A stretch of 64,000 nt of DNA from Coriobacteriia bacterium (lineage in GTDB: Bacteria; Actinomycetota; Coriobacteriia; Coriobacteriales; QAMH01). The translations under genes and the position numbers were made by a program. A model generated the notes under the pieces. That model saw only the letters and a program-made list of their open reading frames with translations, was not told where the DNA came from and searched no databases. Positions 1 through 9,844 of this stretch are shown one piece after another. The DNA lies in contig QAMH01000006.1 of NCBI GenBank assembly GCA_003149935.1, positions 497,053 to 561,052 on the forward strand, in the 5' to 3' direction. Within the stretch, counting starts at the first letter, position 1. Each line of letters begins with the position of its first letter.

Positions 1-361
1 AGCCGAACAGTGTGAGCGCAACGTCGACAATGGTGTCCTCCACGTGCGCGAAGTAGCGCATGAGCATGATGATGCCCGCGATGAACGAGACGGTCAAGGC
101 GGCAACGGCCACATGCCCGGTCTGGACAATAAGGCACATGGCCAGGGGTATGAGACCGGCCGTGACGGTGCCGATGATGATGTAAGGGTGATAGCCATTG
201 CCCTGCGCCATGCGAAGGAACTCGTAGCAGCACAGGGCAGCCGTTGCGGCGATGACAATGACCGTCGTATACCACGAGACGAAGGTCGCGACGGATGTAA
301 TGGTGACGTACACCGCACCGACACCGACACGACGACCGAGGTCCTTGACGTTAATTGCCAT
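1..361 (-). CDS. cdsA: phosphatidate cytidylyltransferase (CdsA-like), N-terminal part; continues past window start
   Basis: Not in the ORF track because there is no stop inside the window. Manual minus-strand translation from ATG at 361 gives MAINVKDLGRRVGVGAVYVTITSVATFVSWYTTVIVIAATAALCCYEFLRMAQGNGYHPYIIIGTVTAGLIPLAMCLIVQ..., open to position 1 and strongly hydrophobic. It lies directly downstream of uppS, as in the conserved pyrH-frr-uppS-cdsA order. The call rests on position and TM character, not on a catalytic motif. Confidence 0.5.
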   Translation of the reverse strand, partial: MAINVKDLGRRVGVGAVYVTITSVATFVSWYTTVIVIAATAALCCYEFLRMAQGNGYHPYIIIGTVTAGLIPLAMCLIVQTGHVAVAALTVSFIAGIIMLMRYFAHVEDTIVDVALTLFG

Positions 362-378
362 CACACACCACCGATCAT

Positions 379-1161
379 TTACTCATCGACCCTTCCGAAG
401 CGACGATTGCGCGCTTGGTAATCGAGAAGCGCGCGCAACAGCTCGTAGCGATCGAAGTCGGGCCAGAGCACGTCGGTGACGTAGAACTCAGAGTAGGCAA
501 GCTGCCAGAGCAGGAAATTGGAAAGACGCATCTCACCGCTCGTGCGAATGAGGAGATCCGGATCGGGCATGCCGGCCGTGTACAGATGAGCGGATAGCAG
601 GTCCTCCGAAACCGCCTCGCTCGTGAGATCTCCGATCTCGACCATGCGCGTGATTGCGCGGACCGCATCGGTAATCTCGAGGCGCGAACCGTAGTTGACC
701 GCGATGGCAAGCGTCATGCCACCATTCTTGGCGGTACGCTTCTCGGCCTGCTTGAAGATGGTGCGCGTCGTGAGCGGCAGGTCCTCGACACGACCGAGCA
801 GCTTGATCCTAACCTTCTCCTCGTCAAGGCCGTCGACCTCAGCGCCCATGGTCTTGGCGAAGAGATCCATGAGACCCGTGACCTCGGTCTTGGGACGGTT
901 CCAATTCTCGGTGGAAAACGAGTAGATGGTGAGGTAGCGCACGCCGATATCGTTGCAGGTGGTAATGGCTTCGCGCACGGCGCGGATGCCAGCCTTGTGG
1001 CCCTCGCCGCGGTCAAGGCCGCTTTGCTTGGCCCAGCGCCCGTTGCCATCCATGATGATGGCAACGTGCTCGGGGATTCTGCTCGTATCGAGTGCGTATA
1101 CGTCGAGCTCTGCGGGAGGTTCGGGAAAGATCTCCTCCAGTGTGGATGGTCTCTCGCTCAA
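379..1161 (-). CDS. uppS: isoprenyl transferase / undecaprenyl diphosphate synthase
   Basis: 260-aa ORF with the cis-prenyltransferase signature HVAIIMDGNGRWAKQ and a C-terminal RFGR motif. Located downstream of frr. Confidence 0.95.
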   Translation of the reverse strand: MSERPSTLEEIFPEPPAELDVYALDTSRIPEHVAIIMDGNGRWAKQSGLDRGEGHKAGIRAVREAITTCNDIGVRYLTIYSFSTENWNRPKTEVTGLMDLFAKTMGAEVDGLDEEKVRIKLLGRVEDLPLTTRTIFKQAEKRTAKNGGMTLAIAVNYGSRLEITDAVRAITRMVEIGDLTSEAVSEDLLSAHLYTAGMPDPDLLIRTSGEMRLSNFLLWQLAYSEFYVTDVLWPDFDRYELLRALLDYQARNRRFGRVDE

Positions 1162-1170
1162 AAATGCTCC

Positions 1171-1728
1171 CTAGATCTCCATGACCTCGGCCTCTTTCAC
1201 GGAAAGGGCCGCGTCGATTTTCGCGATGAAGTCATCGGTGAGCTTCTGAAGCTGCTCTTCTTCGCGATGCTGCTCGTCCTCGCTGATCTCGCCGTCCTTC
1301 TTGAGTCGCTCGATCTTGTTCTTGGCATCGCGGCGAGCGTTGCGCACGGCAACGCGGCGGTTCTCGGCAGCGGCCTTGCACTCCTTGACGATCTCGCGGC
1401 GGCGCTCCTCGGTGGGAGCGGGAAACGGCAGGCGGATGATGCCCGAGCCATCATTATTGGGTGTGATGCCCAGATTGGCAGAGAGGATGGCCTTCTCGAC
1501 GGGTCCGAGCAGGGACTTGTCCCACGGCTCGATGGTCATGAGGTTGCCCTCGGGAATCTTGATGGCACCGACCTGTGAAACGGGCGTGGGAACGCCGTAA
1601 TAGTCGACCTTCACGTTGTCGAGGATGCTCGCCGAGGGACGACCCGTGTTGAGTTTCGAAAAATCCTGATCGAGCGCCTTGACCGCACGGGCCATTGCCT
1701 CTTTTGCCTGATCGAGTTCTTCTGACAC
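1171..1728 (-). CDS. frr: ribosome recycling factor
   Basis: 185 aa, typical RRF length and sequence (ILDNVKVDYYGVPTPVSQVGAIKIPE..., RLPFPAPTEERRREIVK). Lies in the pyrH-frr pair. Confidence 0.97.
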   Translation of the reverse strand: MSEELDQAKEAMARAVKALDQDFSKLNTGRPSASILDNVKVDYYGVPTPVSQVGAIKIPEGNLMTIEPWDKSLLGPVEKAILSANLGITPNNDGSGIIRLPFPAPTEERRREIVKECKAAAENRRVAVRNARRDAKNKIERLKKDGEISEDEQHREEEQLQKLTDDFIAKIDAALSVKEAEVMEI

Positions 1729-1743
1729 TTTGGGTCTCCTTCT

Positions 1744-2487
<744 letters not shown>

Positions 2488-3048
2488 TTAGAGGCGCTCG
2501 ACGAAGCGGCCGTCGCGCGTGTCGATCTTGACCCTGTCGCCAATCTCGAGGAAGAGCGGAACCTTGATCTCGGCGCCCGTCTCGCAAACGGCAGGCTTGG
2601 TACCGCTCTGGACGGTGTTGCCCTTGAAGCCGGGCTCGGTCTCCGTGATCTCGAGCTCGACGAACATGGGAGGCTCGACGTTGATGAGCTCGCCGTCGGC
2701 GTATTGTGCCAGGCAGGTGTCGCCCTCCTTGAGCCACTTCTCGTTATCGCCGATGATGGCCGCGGGGACCTCGGGTTGCTCGTAGGTCACAGGGTCCATG
2801 AAGTAGAACGTGTCACCGTCGGTCCAGGAATACTCCATCTCCTTGGTCTCGAGACGCACATCGTCAAACTTGTCGTTGGGCCTGAAGGTGTACTCGACGA
2901 CGCGACCCGTAGAGACGTCCTTGAGCTTGGTGCGAATGAAGGCACCGCCCTTGCCGGGCTTGACGTGCTGGAACTCGACAATGGTGCAAAGCTTGTTGTT
3001 GTACTTGATGCACATGCCGTTTTTAAAGTTTGAGGGCTGAACGCTCAC
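2488..3048 (-). CDS. efp: elongation factor P
   Basis: 186 aa with the conserved loop HVKPGKGGAFIRTKLKDV. Confidence 0.97.
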   Translation of the reverse strand: MSVQPSNFKNGMCIKYNNKLCTIVEFQHVKPGKGGAFIRTKLKDVSTGRVVEYTFRPNDKFDDVRLETKEMEYSWTDGDTFYFMDPVTYEQPEVPAAIIGDNEKWLKEGDTCLAQYADGELINVEPPMFVELEITETEPGFKGNTVQSGTKPAVCETGAEIKVPLFLEIGDRVKIDTRDGRFVERL

Positions 3049-3165
3049 TTTTCACTGCCTTTCTCTCGACATATCCGCACTATTCTACTCTATCGACCCG
3101 CAAACGTGAGGGTCAGCTTTGAGCGTGCGCAAAATGCCCGTAATTGTGCGAAACGCATCCGATTC

Positions 3166-3193
3166 TTGCTCCCGGCAGACGTTTCCGTACAAT
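3166..3193 (+). promoter_or_regulatory. candidate sigma70-type promoter facing the peptidase gene
   Basis: TTGCTC (3166-3171), 16-nt spacer, TACAAT (3188-3193). Sequence match only. It would place about 360 nt of repeats in the 5' leader. Confidence 0.25.
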
Positions 3194-3212
3194 GGAGCGC
3201 ATGTGCAAGCAG

Positions 3213-3388
3213 CCACTTCTGTCATTTCGACCGGAGGCGCGAAGCGGCCACTTCCGTCATCTCGACCGGAGGCGCAAGGCAGTCTGTCCTGTCATTTCGA
3301 CCGGAGGCGCGCAGCGCCGGAGTGGAGAAATCTCCAACAGCAGAGATTTCTCGACTTCGCTCACTGCGTTCGCTTCGCTCGAAATGAC
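3213..3388. repeat. palindromic intergenic repeat, A-type: two 35-bp half units plus one complete 98-bp element
   Basis: Half units at 3213-3247 and 3248-3282 (CCACTTCYGTCATYTCGACCGGAGGCGC...). The full element at 3291-3388 has terminal inverted repeats GTCATTTCGA/TCGAAATGAC and a central hairpin GGAGAAATCTC-caacagca-GAGATTTCTC. A near-identical copy lies at 4718-4807. Confidence 0.85.
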
Positions 3389-3390
3389 AG

Positions 3391-3536
3391 GGGCTATTGT
3401 CATCTCGACTGGAGCGGTCGCGAGACCGCGGAACGGAGAGATCTCCTTCGCTCGGGATGACAGGGGCTATTGTCATCTCGACTGGAGCGGTCGCGAGACC
3501 GCGGAACGGAGAGATCTCCTTCGCTTGGGATGACAA
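3391..3536. repeat. palindromic intergenic repeat, B-type: 73-bp unit duplicated in tandem
   Basis: 3391-3463 and 3464-3536 differ at 2 positions. Each unit begins GTCATCTCGACTGGAGCGG, ends GGGATGAC, and has internal hairpins GCGGTC-gcga-GACCGC and GAGATCTC. Confidence 0.9.
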
Positions 3537-3558
3537 TAGGTATGGAAAGGTGTGGAAC

Positions 3559-4662
3559 ATGCGGGCGTTACACAGAATCGAACAGGTACAGAGGCTTCTC
3601 GAGGACCAGGTTCTCGATGCGATCATCGTTCGGGCAAACAGCGACCTGTTCTGGCTCACGGGTTTCGAGGACGTCTTCGACAGCGAGCAAGCTCATGTCG
3701 CCATCATCACGCGCCAGGACTGCATCCTGCATACGGACACGCGCTACGTGACCGCCATGCGCGAGAAGGCCCACGAGGAAGGCATCTGGCAAATTGACGC
3801 CTCGCGCGAGCGTGAGGTCGAGTTCATCGCCCACATGCTCAAGGAACTTAAGCTCGTCACGGGACGTGTCGCCATTGACGAGACCATGCCGTTGAGCCTC
3901 TATCGCAAGTATTCGGATGCAATGCCCAACGCGCGCTTCAAGGAGCGCTCCGATGACATTCTCAAGCTGCGTGCCGTCAAGGATGCCGATGAGATCGTCC
4001 TCATGAAGCGAGCCCAGGCCATCGCCTCGGAGGCGTTCATGGAAACGCTGGAGGATTTACAGCCCGGCATGAGCGAGCGTGACGCCTCGATCATGCTCGA
4101 GTTCAACATGAAACGCCTGGGAGCAAGCGAGCTCGCGTTCGCGAACATCGTCGCAAGCGGACCCAACGGCGCCAAACCCCACGCCATACCGTCAGAGCGC
4201 CAGTTCGAGCAGGGCGACTTCATCGTCTTCGACTTCGGTGCACGCGTGGGCGGATACTGCTCGGACACGACACGCACCGTATGCATCGGTGGGGCAAGCG
4301 AGGAGCAGATACGCGTCTACGAGGCCGTACGCCGGGCAAACGAATGGGTTGCCGCAAACATCAAACCGGGTGTAACAGGCGCGCAGATGCATACGCTCGC
4401 CGAAAGCGAGCTTGCCAAGGCGGGCTTCGAGCACAAGATGGGCCACTCGCTCGGGCATGGCGTGGGTATCGATATCCATGAGCTTCCCCTGCTCTCGCCT
4501 ACCAACAAGGAAGCGCTTGTCGCTGGCAACGTCGTGACCGACGAGCCGGGCATCTACTTACCAGGCGAAATGGGCGTGCGCATCGAGGATTGCGGTGTCG
4601 TCACCGAGACCGGATTCGAGAGCTTCTGTGACATCACGCACGAGCTCATGGTGATCGAGTAA
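3559..4662 (+). CDS. M24B-family Xaa-Pro aminopeptidase/dipeptidase
   Basis: Creatinase/prolidase-type N-terminal domain plus metal-binding M24 motifs (FDFGARVGGYCSDTTRT, HSLGHGVGIDIHE, GVRIEDCGVV). Start moved to ATG 3559 (MRALHRIEQVQ...) because the upstream part of the track ORF (from 3397) only translates the repeats. The efp / Xaa-Pro peptidase / aroQ neighbourhood is conserved in Gram-positives. Confidence 0.9.
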   Translation: MRALHRIEQVQRLLEDQVLDAIIVRANSDLFWLTGFEDVFDSEQAHVAIITRQDCILHTDTRYVTAMREKAHEEGIWQIDASREREVEFIAHMLKELKLVTGRVAIDETMPLSLYRKYSDAMPNARFKERSDDILKLRAVKDADEIVLMKRAQAIASEAFMETLEDLQPGMSERDASIMLEFNMKRLGASELAFANIVASGPNGAKPHAIPSERQFEQGDFIVFDFGARVGGYCSDTTRTVCIGGASEEQIRVYEAVRRANEWVAANIKPGVTGAQMHTLAESELAKAGFEHKMGHSLGHGVGIDIHELPLLSPTNKEALVAGNVVTDEPGIYLPGEMGVRIEDCGVVTETGFESFCDITHELMVIE

Positions 4663-4682
4663 GGCATATCTATACCTCTGCC

Positions 4683-4851
4683 GTCATCTCGACCGGAGGC
4701 GTGCGGCGGCCACTTCTGTCATTTCGACCGGAGGCGCGCAGCGCCGGAGTGGAGAAATCTCCAACAGCAGAGATTTCTCGACTTCGCTTCGCTTCGCTCG
4801 AAATGACAGCGCGCGACGTGGCGTCTCCGCTCGAAATGGCGGAGCCACGTC
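4683..4851. repeat. palindromic intergenic repeat cluster (A-type half unit, 90-bp A-type element, extra hairpin)
   Basis: Half unit from 4683 (GTCATCTCGACCGGAGGCGTGC). The full element at 4718-4807 is identical to 3291-3388 apart from an 8-nt indel (TCACTGCG). Then a hairpin GACGTGGC..CTCCGC-tcgaaatg-GCGGAG.CCACGTC at 4815-4849. Lies in the convergent spacer between the peptidase gene and aroQ. Confidence 0.85.
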
Positions 4852-4860
4852 ATATCACGC

Positions 4861-5292
4861 TTACCCCAAATGTTCCAGCAGCATGTCGACGCCGCGCAGG
4901 TAGCCTTGAGGTCCGAGCCCCTTGATCTGCCCGATGCAGGCATCGGCGAGCACGGAGTGGCGTCGGAACTCCTCGCGCTTCGAGATATCGGAGATGTGCA
5001 CCTCGACAACCGGTGTGGTGACCGAACTGATCGCATCATGCAAGGCGTAGCTATAGTGCGTGTGCGCGCCGGGGTTGTAGACGATACCGTCATAGACGCC
5101 CTGGCTCGCATGTATCTTGTCGATAAGCTCGCCCTCATGGTTGGACTGGAAGCAATCCATGTCGGCACCATGCTCACGCGCATAGGAAACCGTATCAGCC
5201 TCTATGTCGGCGAGCGTCGTCGTGCCGTAGACGTCAGGTTCGCGCTGCCCCAGCAAGTTGAGATTGGGGCCGTTCATCAACAGCAGCCTCAT
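4861..5292 (-). CDS. aroQ: type II 3-dehydroquinate dehydratase
   Basis: MRLLLMNGPNLNLLGQREPDVYG N-terminus and HISDISKRE motif. Start at internal ATG 5292, giving a 4-nt overlap with the aroB stop. Confidence 0.95.
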   Translation of the reverse strand: MRLLLMNGPNLNLLGQREPDVYGTTTLADIEADTVSYAREHGADMDCFQSNHEGELIDKIHASQGVYDGIVYNPGAHTHYSYALHDAISSVTTPVVEVHISDISKREEFRRHSVLADACIGQIKGLGPQGYLRGVDMLLEHLG

Positions 5293-6440
5293 GCTTGCCC
5301 CCACATCTTTCCGCCGTTTTGCTCGATGAGGCGCTCCTTGAGCGTGCACCAGGCCCGCAAATGCTCCATGATGACGTCATCGGGCACGGCCACGAGCTTC
5401 CACTTGGCGATGTCCTCGAGCAGAACGAACCTGACCTGGCCGCCACGTGCCTTCTTGTCGCCCTTCATGAGTTTGAAGAGGCGCTCCGGTGGCGCCACCC
5501 ACGGAAGCGCTGGCAAGCCCAGCGAGTCGAGCAGGCTATCCGTTGCCTTCACGACACTCATGTCGCAGCCAAGCATCTCGACCGAGAGACGTGCTGCGAA
5601 ACGCATTCCCTCGGCAACGGCGCGTCCATGCGCGATGGTGCCATAGCCCGCAGCGTTCTCGATGGCATGTGCGAGAGTGTGTCCGTAGTTGAGACACTCG
5701 CGCACACCGGCGGACTCGGTACTGTCCTTGCTCACCACGGATGCCTTGAACTCGGCGGTCATGTAGACCGCCTCCTCGAGCAACTCGACGTCATGCGCCA
5801 TAAGGCCTGCGGCGTTGTCACGCAGCCATTCGTAGAAGGAACGACGCGGGGCCACGAAGGAGCTCTTGGCTATCTCGGCAAAGCCGTTTGCCCAGTCCTC
5901 CTCGAGAAGGGTCTTGAGGCAGCGAATGTCGGAGCACACGAAGACGGGCTGATGGAAGGTGCCGACGAGGTTCTTGCCGGCCTGAAGGTTGACCCCCGTC
6001 TTGCCGCCGATGGACGAGTCGACCATCGCGAGCAGGGTCGTGGGCACCTGGATGAAGTCGATGCCGCGCATGTAGGTCGAGGCGACGAAGCCGGCCAAAT
6101 CGCCCACGACGCCACCGCCGCACGCAACGATGAAATCATCGCGAGTGAAACCATAGCGGGCGATAGCCTCCCAGAGCTCATTGGCGAGTTCGACGGACTT
6201 GGAGGTTTCCCCCGGCGCGATGAGCAGGTCGTAGACCTCGAATCCGGCCTCTTCGAGACGTTTCTTCACGAGCTTGCCATAGGCAGGCCCCACGTTCTCA
6301 TCCGAGATGACGAGGGCACGCTGGCAATCCTTGAGATCGCGTGCCGTCGAGGAGAGTGCGGAAAGGGCACCGCTCCCGATGCGGATATCGTACACATGAC
6401 CGCCCGGTAAGGCGACGTGGATGATGCGGTCTCGGCTCAT
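5289..6440 (-). CDS. aroB: 3-dehydroquinate synthase
   Basis: GGGVVGDLAGFVAS and DSSIGGKTGVNL motifs. Start at ATG 6440 forms an ATGA overlap with the aroK stop. Confidence 0.95.
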   Translation of the reverse strand: MSRDRIIHVALPGGHVYDIRIGSGALSALSSTARDLKDCQRALVISDENVGPAYGKLVKKRLEEAGFEVYDLLIAPGETSKSVELANELWEAIARYGFTRDDFIVACGGGVVGDLAGFVASTYMRGIDFIQVPTTLLAMVDSSIGGKTGVNLQAGKNLVGTFHQPVFVCSDIRCLKTLLEEDWANGFAEIAKSSFVAPRRSFYEWLRDNAAGLMAHDVELLEEAVYMTAEFKASVVSKDSTESAGVRECLNYGHTLAHAIENAAGYGTIAHGRAVAEGMRFAARLSVEMLGCDMSVVKATDSLLDSLGLPALPWVAPPERLFKLMKGDKKARGGQVRFVLLEDIAKWKLVAVPDDVIMEHLRAWCTLKERLIEQNGGKMWGQA

Positions 6441-6964
6441 AACAGCCCCTCTCGTTCCAGAGCTTCCTTGCATTGGTTGGCCACCTGATAGACGCTTTTG
6501 CCCGATGACTCGATGGTGATATCCGCAACTTCACGGTACCAGGGCATGCGTTCGGCATAGATTTCATCGACGGGACGCTCGCCCGAGAGCAGCGGTCGCG
6601 TGGAGGGATTCGAGATGCGCCCAATGGCCTCATCACATGGCACGTCAAGAAAGACGACCGTGCCGAGGGATTTGAGTATGGGGCGGTTAACCGGATTGCA
6701 GACGATGCCACCGCCACAGGAGATGATGGAGCGGCCCTCATGCTCGAGGCTACGGAGGGTCTCGGTCTCGATGCGCCTGAAACCCGCTTCGCCCTCCTCG
6801 GCAAAGATGCGGGGGATCTTGCGGTGTTGAATTGCCTCGATACGATAGTCAAGGTCGATGAGCGAAAGTCCCGTGATGGCAGACAGTTTGCGCGAGACGC
6901 TTGTCTTGCCCGAGCCCATGAACCCAACGAGGAGTATGTGATCGTTGCATGTTTCGCGCGTCAT
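6437..6964 (-). CDS. aroK: shikimate kinase
   Basis: 175 aa with Walker A LVGFMGSGKTSVSRKL. Embedded in the aro operon and overlaps the aroC stop. Confidence 0.93.
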   Translation of the reverse strand: MTRETCNDHILLVGFMGSGKTSVSRKLSAITGLSLIDLDYRIEAIQHRKIPRIFAEEGEAGFRRIETETLRSLEHEGRSIISCGGGIVCNPVNRPILKSLGTVVFLDVPCDEAIGRISNPSTRPLLSGERPVDEIYAERMPWYREVADITIESSGKSVYQVANQCKEALEREGLL

Positions 6965-8106
6965 AATGCGATGCGCTCCCGATATGCATCGCGTGCAGAG
7001 ATGATGTCATCGATCACGTCGGCACCGAACTTCTCGAGGTAGGCATCGGCGAGCACGAAGGCGACCTCAGCCTCGGCCACGACGGCCGCGGCAGGCACCG
7101 CGCACACGTCCGAACGCTCCTTGGATGCCTTGACGGGCATGAGCGTGTCGGTATCGACGGTATCAAGTGGCTGCATCATGGTTGGAATGGGCTTCATCGC
7201 ACACGTCATGACGAGAGGCTCGCCGTTGGTCATGCCGCCCTCGAGGCCGCCGGCATTGTTACCGGAACGGGTGAAGCCACGCGCCTCGTCATAGTAGATG
7301 GAATCGTGCACGAGGCTTCCAGGACGCCGCGCTGCCTCGAAGCCCAAGCCAAACTCGACGCCTTTGATGGCGGGGATGGAAAACGCCGCTGCGCCCAGAC
7401 GCGAGGTGAGGCGGTCGGGACCGGAAGCGTAACTGCCAAGGCCGGGAACGAGACCATCGGCAACGACGACGAACTCGCCACCGAGCGACTCGCCCTTGGT
7501 CCGCGCCTCATCGATAAGTGCCTTCATAGCCTGTGTCGTCTCCTCGTCGGGGCATCGGCATTCGGATGCCTCGATGGCTGCGCGCTCGATCTGCGCGTTT
7601 TCGGGCAGCTCCACCGTGCCGATGCGGCGCACGTAGGAATAGACCTCGACGCCGAGCTCGGCCAGGAGCGCCTTGGCAATGCCGCCAGCTGCGACACGCG
7701 CCGCCGTCTCGCGTGCGCTCGAGCGCTCGAGGATGTCGCGGGCATCGTCGGTCGCGATCTTGAGCATGCCGACGAGGTCCGCATGGCCAGGACGCGGACA
7801 GGTCTCGCGCTTCAGGTCGTCTGGAGCCTCCCCGTTTGGCGCCATGCGGTCAGTCCAGTTGGCGAAATCGTCATTGACGACCTGCAGGGTAACGGGCGTG
7901 CCGAGCGTTTGGGAAAAGCGTACGCCGGAGAGTATCTGCGCGGTGTCATGCTCGATCTTCTGGCGACCACCGCGACCATAGCCGCCCTGGCGACGTGCAA
8001 GATCGCGATTGATCGCATCGATGTCGATGGAAACGCCCGCCGGCATGCCGGAGACGATCGCCGTGAGCGCTGGTCCATGCGACTCCCCTGCCGTGACAAA
8101 CTCCAT
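6961..8106 (-). CDS. aroC: chorismate synthase
   Basis: MEFVTAGESHGPALT N-terminus and GRSSARETAARVAAG motif. Start at internal ATG 8106; the track start at 8175 adds a basic non-conserved leader. Confidence 0.95.
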   Translation of the reverse strand: MEFVTAGESHGPALTAIVSGMPAGVSIDIDAINRDLARRQGGYGRGGRQKIEHDTAQILSGVRFSQTLGTPVTLQVVNDDFANWTDRMAPNGEAPDDLKRETCPRPGHADLVGMLKIATDDARDILERSSARETAARVAAGGIAKALLAELGVEVYSYVRRIGTVELPENAQIERAAIEASECRCPDEETTQAMKALIDEARTKGESLGGEFVVVADGLVPGLGSYASGPDRLTSRLGAAAFSIPAIKGVEFGLGFEAARRPGSLVHDSIYYDEARGFTRSGNNAGGLEGGMTNGEPLVMTCAMKPIPTMMQPLDTVDTDTLMPVKASKERSDVCAVPAAAVVAEAEVAFVLADAYLEKFGADVIDDIISARDAYRERIAL

Positions 8107-8122
8107 GATCTTCCCTTTCCCT

Positions 8123-9166
8123 CTATTGGCCCGCGCGATCTTGCTGTGCGGTCTTGCGTGCCTCGAGCTCCTCACGCGCCAGCACGATGTTCATCGCCGC
8201 AATAGCGCATTCAATCATACCCTCGTCAGGAGGATTCGTCGTCAGACGCTGCATCTGCATACCAGGCCACAGAATGATGCGGACAAGCTTGTTGTCTGGA
8301 TGCGTACCAGCCCACTTGACCGTCACCTCGTAGGATACGCCGGCAATGAGCGGTAGCAGGATGATGCGCGTGAGCATGATGAGGACGAAGCGCAATGGGC
8401 CTTCGGTGACGCCCGTCAGATCGACAAGCGCGTTGATGGGCTGACCAAGCGCCGTGTAGACGAAGATGGCGATGAGCATGACCATGATGATGAAGGCCGT
8501 GCCACAGCGTACGTGTAAGCGCGGAAAACGCATGGCGACCCCGGGCTCGAGCGATTCGCCATGCTCGAAGCAGTGGATGGTCTTGTGCTCGGCTCCGTGA
8601 TAGCTGAACATGCGCCGGATATCCTTCATAAGGCTGATGAGCCATATGTAGACGATGAAGATGGCCACGCGCACGATGCCATCGAAGATGTTCCAGGCGA
8701 CGGAATTCATGCTCGACTCACCGAGAACGAGGTTGCTCAGCGCTGCGGGCAGGATGATAAAGATTGCGATGCCGAGTACGATGCCGACGAGCATCGAGAT
8801 GGTCATGAGGGCGCTCGTACCAGCGGACTTCTTCTTCGTCTCACCGTCCTCGGCGAGCTCGTCCTCTTCCTCGTCCCAATCGTAAGCATGCTCACTCGAG
8901 ATGCCGAGCGCTTTGTAACCAAGCGCCAAGGATTCCACGAAGGCGGTGCAGCCACGGATAACGGGCCAGTACATCCAGGCGTTCTTCTTGCGCCCGGAAG
9001 CCAGATCGTGTTCCTCGGTGTAGATCTCACCGTCTGACTGGCGGACGGCAACCGCCCAATTATAGCGACCGCGCATCATGATGCCCTCGATGAGCGCCTG
9101 CCCACCGATATGCGTCCGCGTTTGGACGTCGCAATCTGCAGCAAATGCCTTGCGTGATTCGCTCAA
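8123..9166 (-). CDS. DUF1385-family membrane protein (YqhQ-like)
   Basis: IGGQALIEGIMMRG and YHGAEHK signatures of DUF1385, with several TM segments. Confidence 0.85.
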   Translation of the reverse strand: MSESRKAFAADCDVQTRTHIGGQALIEGIMMRGRYNWAVAVRQSDGEIYTEEHDLASGRKKNAWMYWPVIRGCTAFVESLALGYKALGISSEHAYDWDEEEDELAEDGETKKKSAGTSALMTISMLVGIVLGIAIFIILPAALSNLVLGESSMNSVAWNIFDGIVRVAIFIVYIWLISLMKDIRRMFSYHGAEHKTIHCFEHGESLEPGVAMRFPRLHVRCGTAFIIMVMLIAIFVYTALGQPINALVDLTGVTEGPLRFVLIMLTRIILLPLIAGVSYEVTVKWAGTHPDNKLVRIILWPGMQMQRLTTNPPDEGMIECAIAAMNIVLAREELEARKTAQQDRAGQ

Positions 9167-9169
9167 AGC

Positions 9170-9844
9170 CTACAACTCCACTCGCTGCCAGGGATTACCG
9201 CAGGTCATCTTGCCTTCAGGACATGCGCCCTTCACGCAACCAGGGCCCGCCTGCGCAAAGATGAGCGGCGCAGTGGGGCGTACGAGCTCGAGCATGCGAC
9301 AAGCGACCGCACGAATCTCCCATTGGGCGCGATTGCAGCAGCGTAGTTCGAAGAAGTGGAGAAGTTCGCGAATGTTCATGGTCACGACGATCTTGGTCTC
9401 GCATGCATTGGGCAGCAAATAGCGGGCATCCTCGGCGGGGACGCCTCGTTCGACGAGATCGGCGTACGCTTTAAACGCGGCACAGGCAGCCTGATCGTAC
9501 TCGGCCTCGGCACCGGCATCGATAACGGTCTGCGGTACGATGAACTCCGGCTCCTCCTTGAAGGTGACATAGCGTTGCGACTGCTGGTTGTACGAAGCGA
9601 GACGATGACGAACGAGCTGATGCGTCATCGCGCGCGAGACGCCGTCGATGGCAAAGGTATAGCTCGCATGCTCGAGCGTCGAGAAGTGACCGCTCTCGAG
9701 AATGGTGCGTAGGACCTTCTCGATGCGCTCCTCGGACAGGGTCTCCATGAGCTCGGCGGCGCCCACGGGGGCATAGCAAAGCCGCGCTGCCGTCGCAACG
9801 GCGCGCTGGGGATCGGGCGTGTGATAGAGCAGCTCGACGTTCAT
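9170..9844 (-). CDS. thyX: FAD-dependent thymidylate synthase
   Basis: ThyX motif RHRLASYNQQSQRY. Start at ATG 9844 (MNVELLYHTPDP). Confidence 0.95.
   Translation of the reverse strand: MNVELLYHTPDPQRAVATAARLCYAPVGAAELMETLSEERIEKVLRTILESGHFSTLEHASYTFAIDGVSRAMTHQLVRHRLASYNQQSQRYVTFKEEPEFIVPQTVIDAGAEAEYDQAACAAFKAYADLVERGVPAEDARYLLPNACETKIVVTMNIRELLHFFELRCCNRAQWEIRAVACRMLELVRPTAPLIFAQAGPGCVKGACPEGKMTCGNPWQRVEL

Noticed and set aside
3106-3659. Several 90-145-aa ORFs in both strands (3106-3387, 3119-3460, 3144-3533, 3222-3659), and 4701-4925 and 4719-5183
   Set aside because: They only translate the palindromic repeats (recurrent peptide strings such as SFRPEARSAGVEKSP / SLRSLRSK). They overlap each other in all frames and have no SD.
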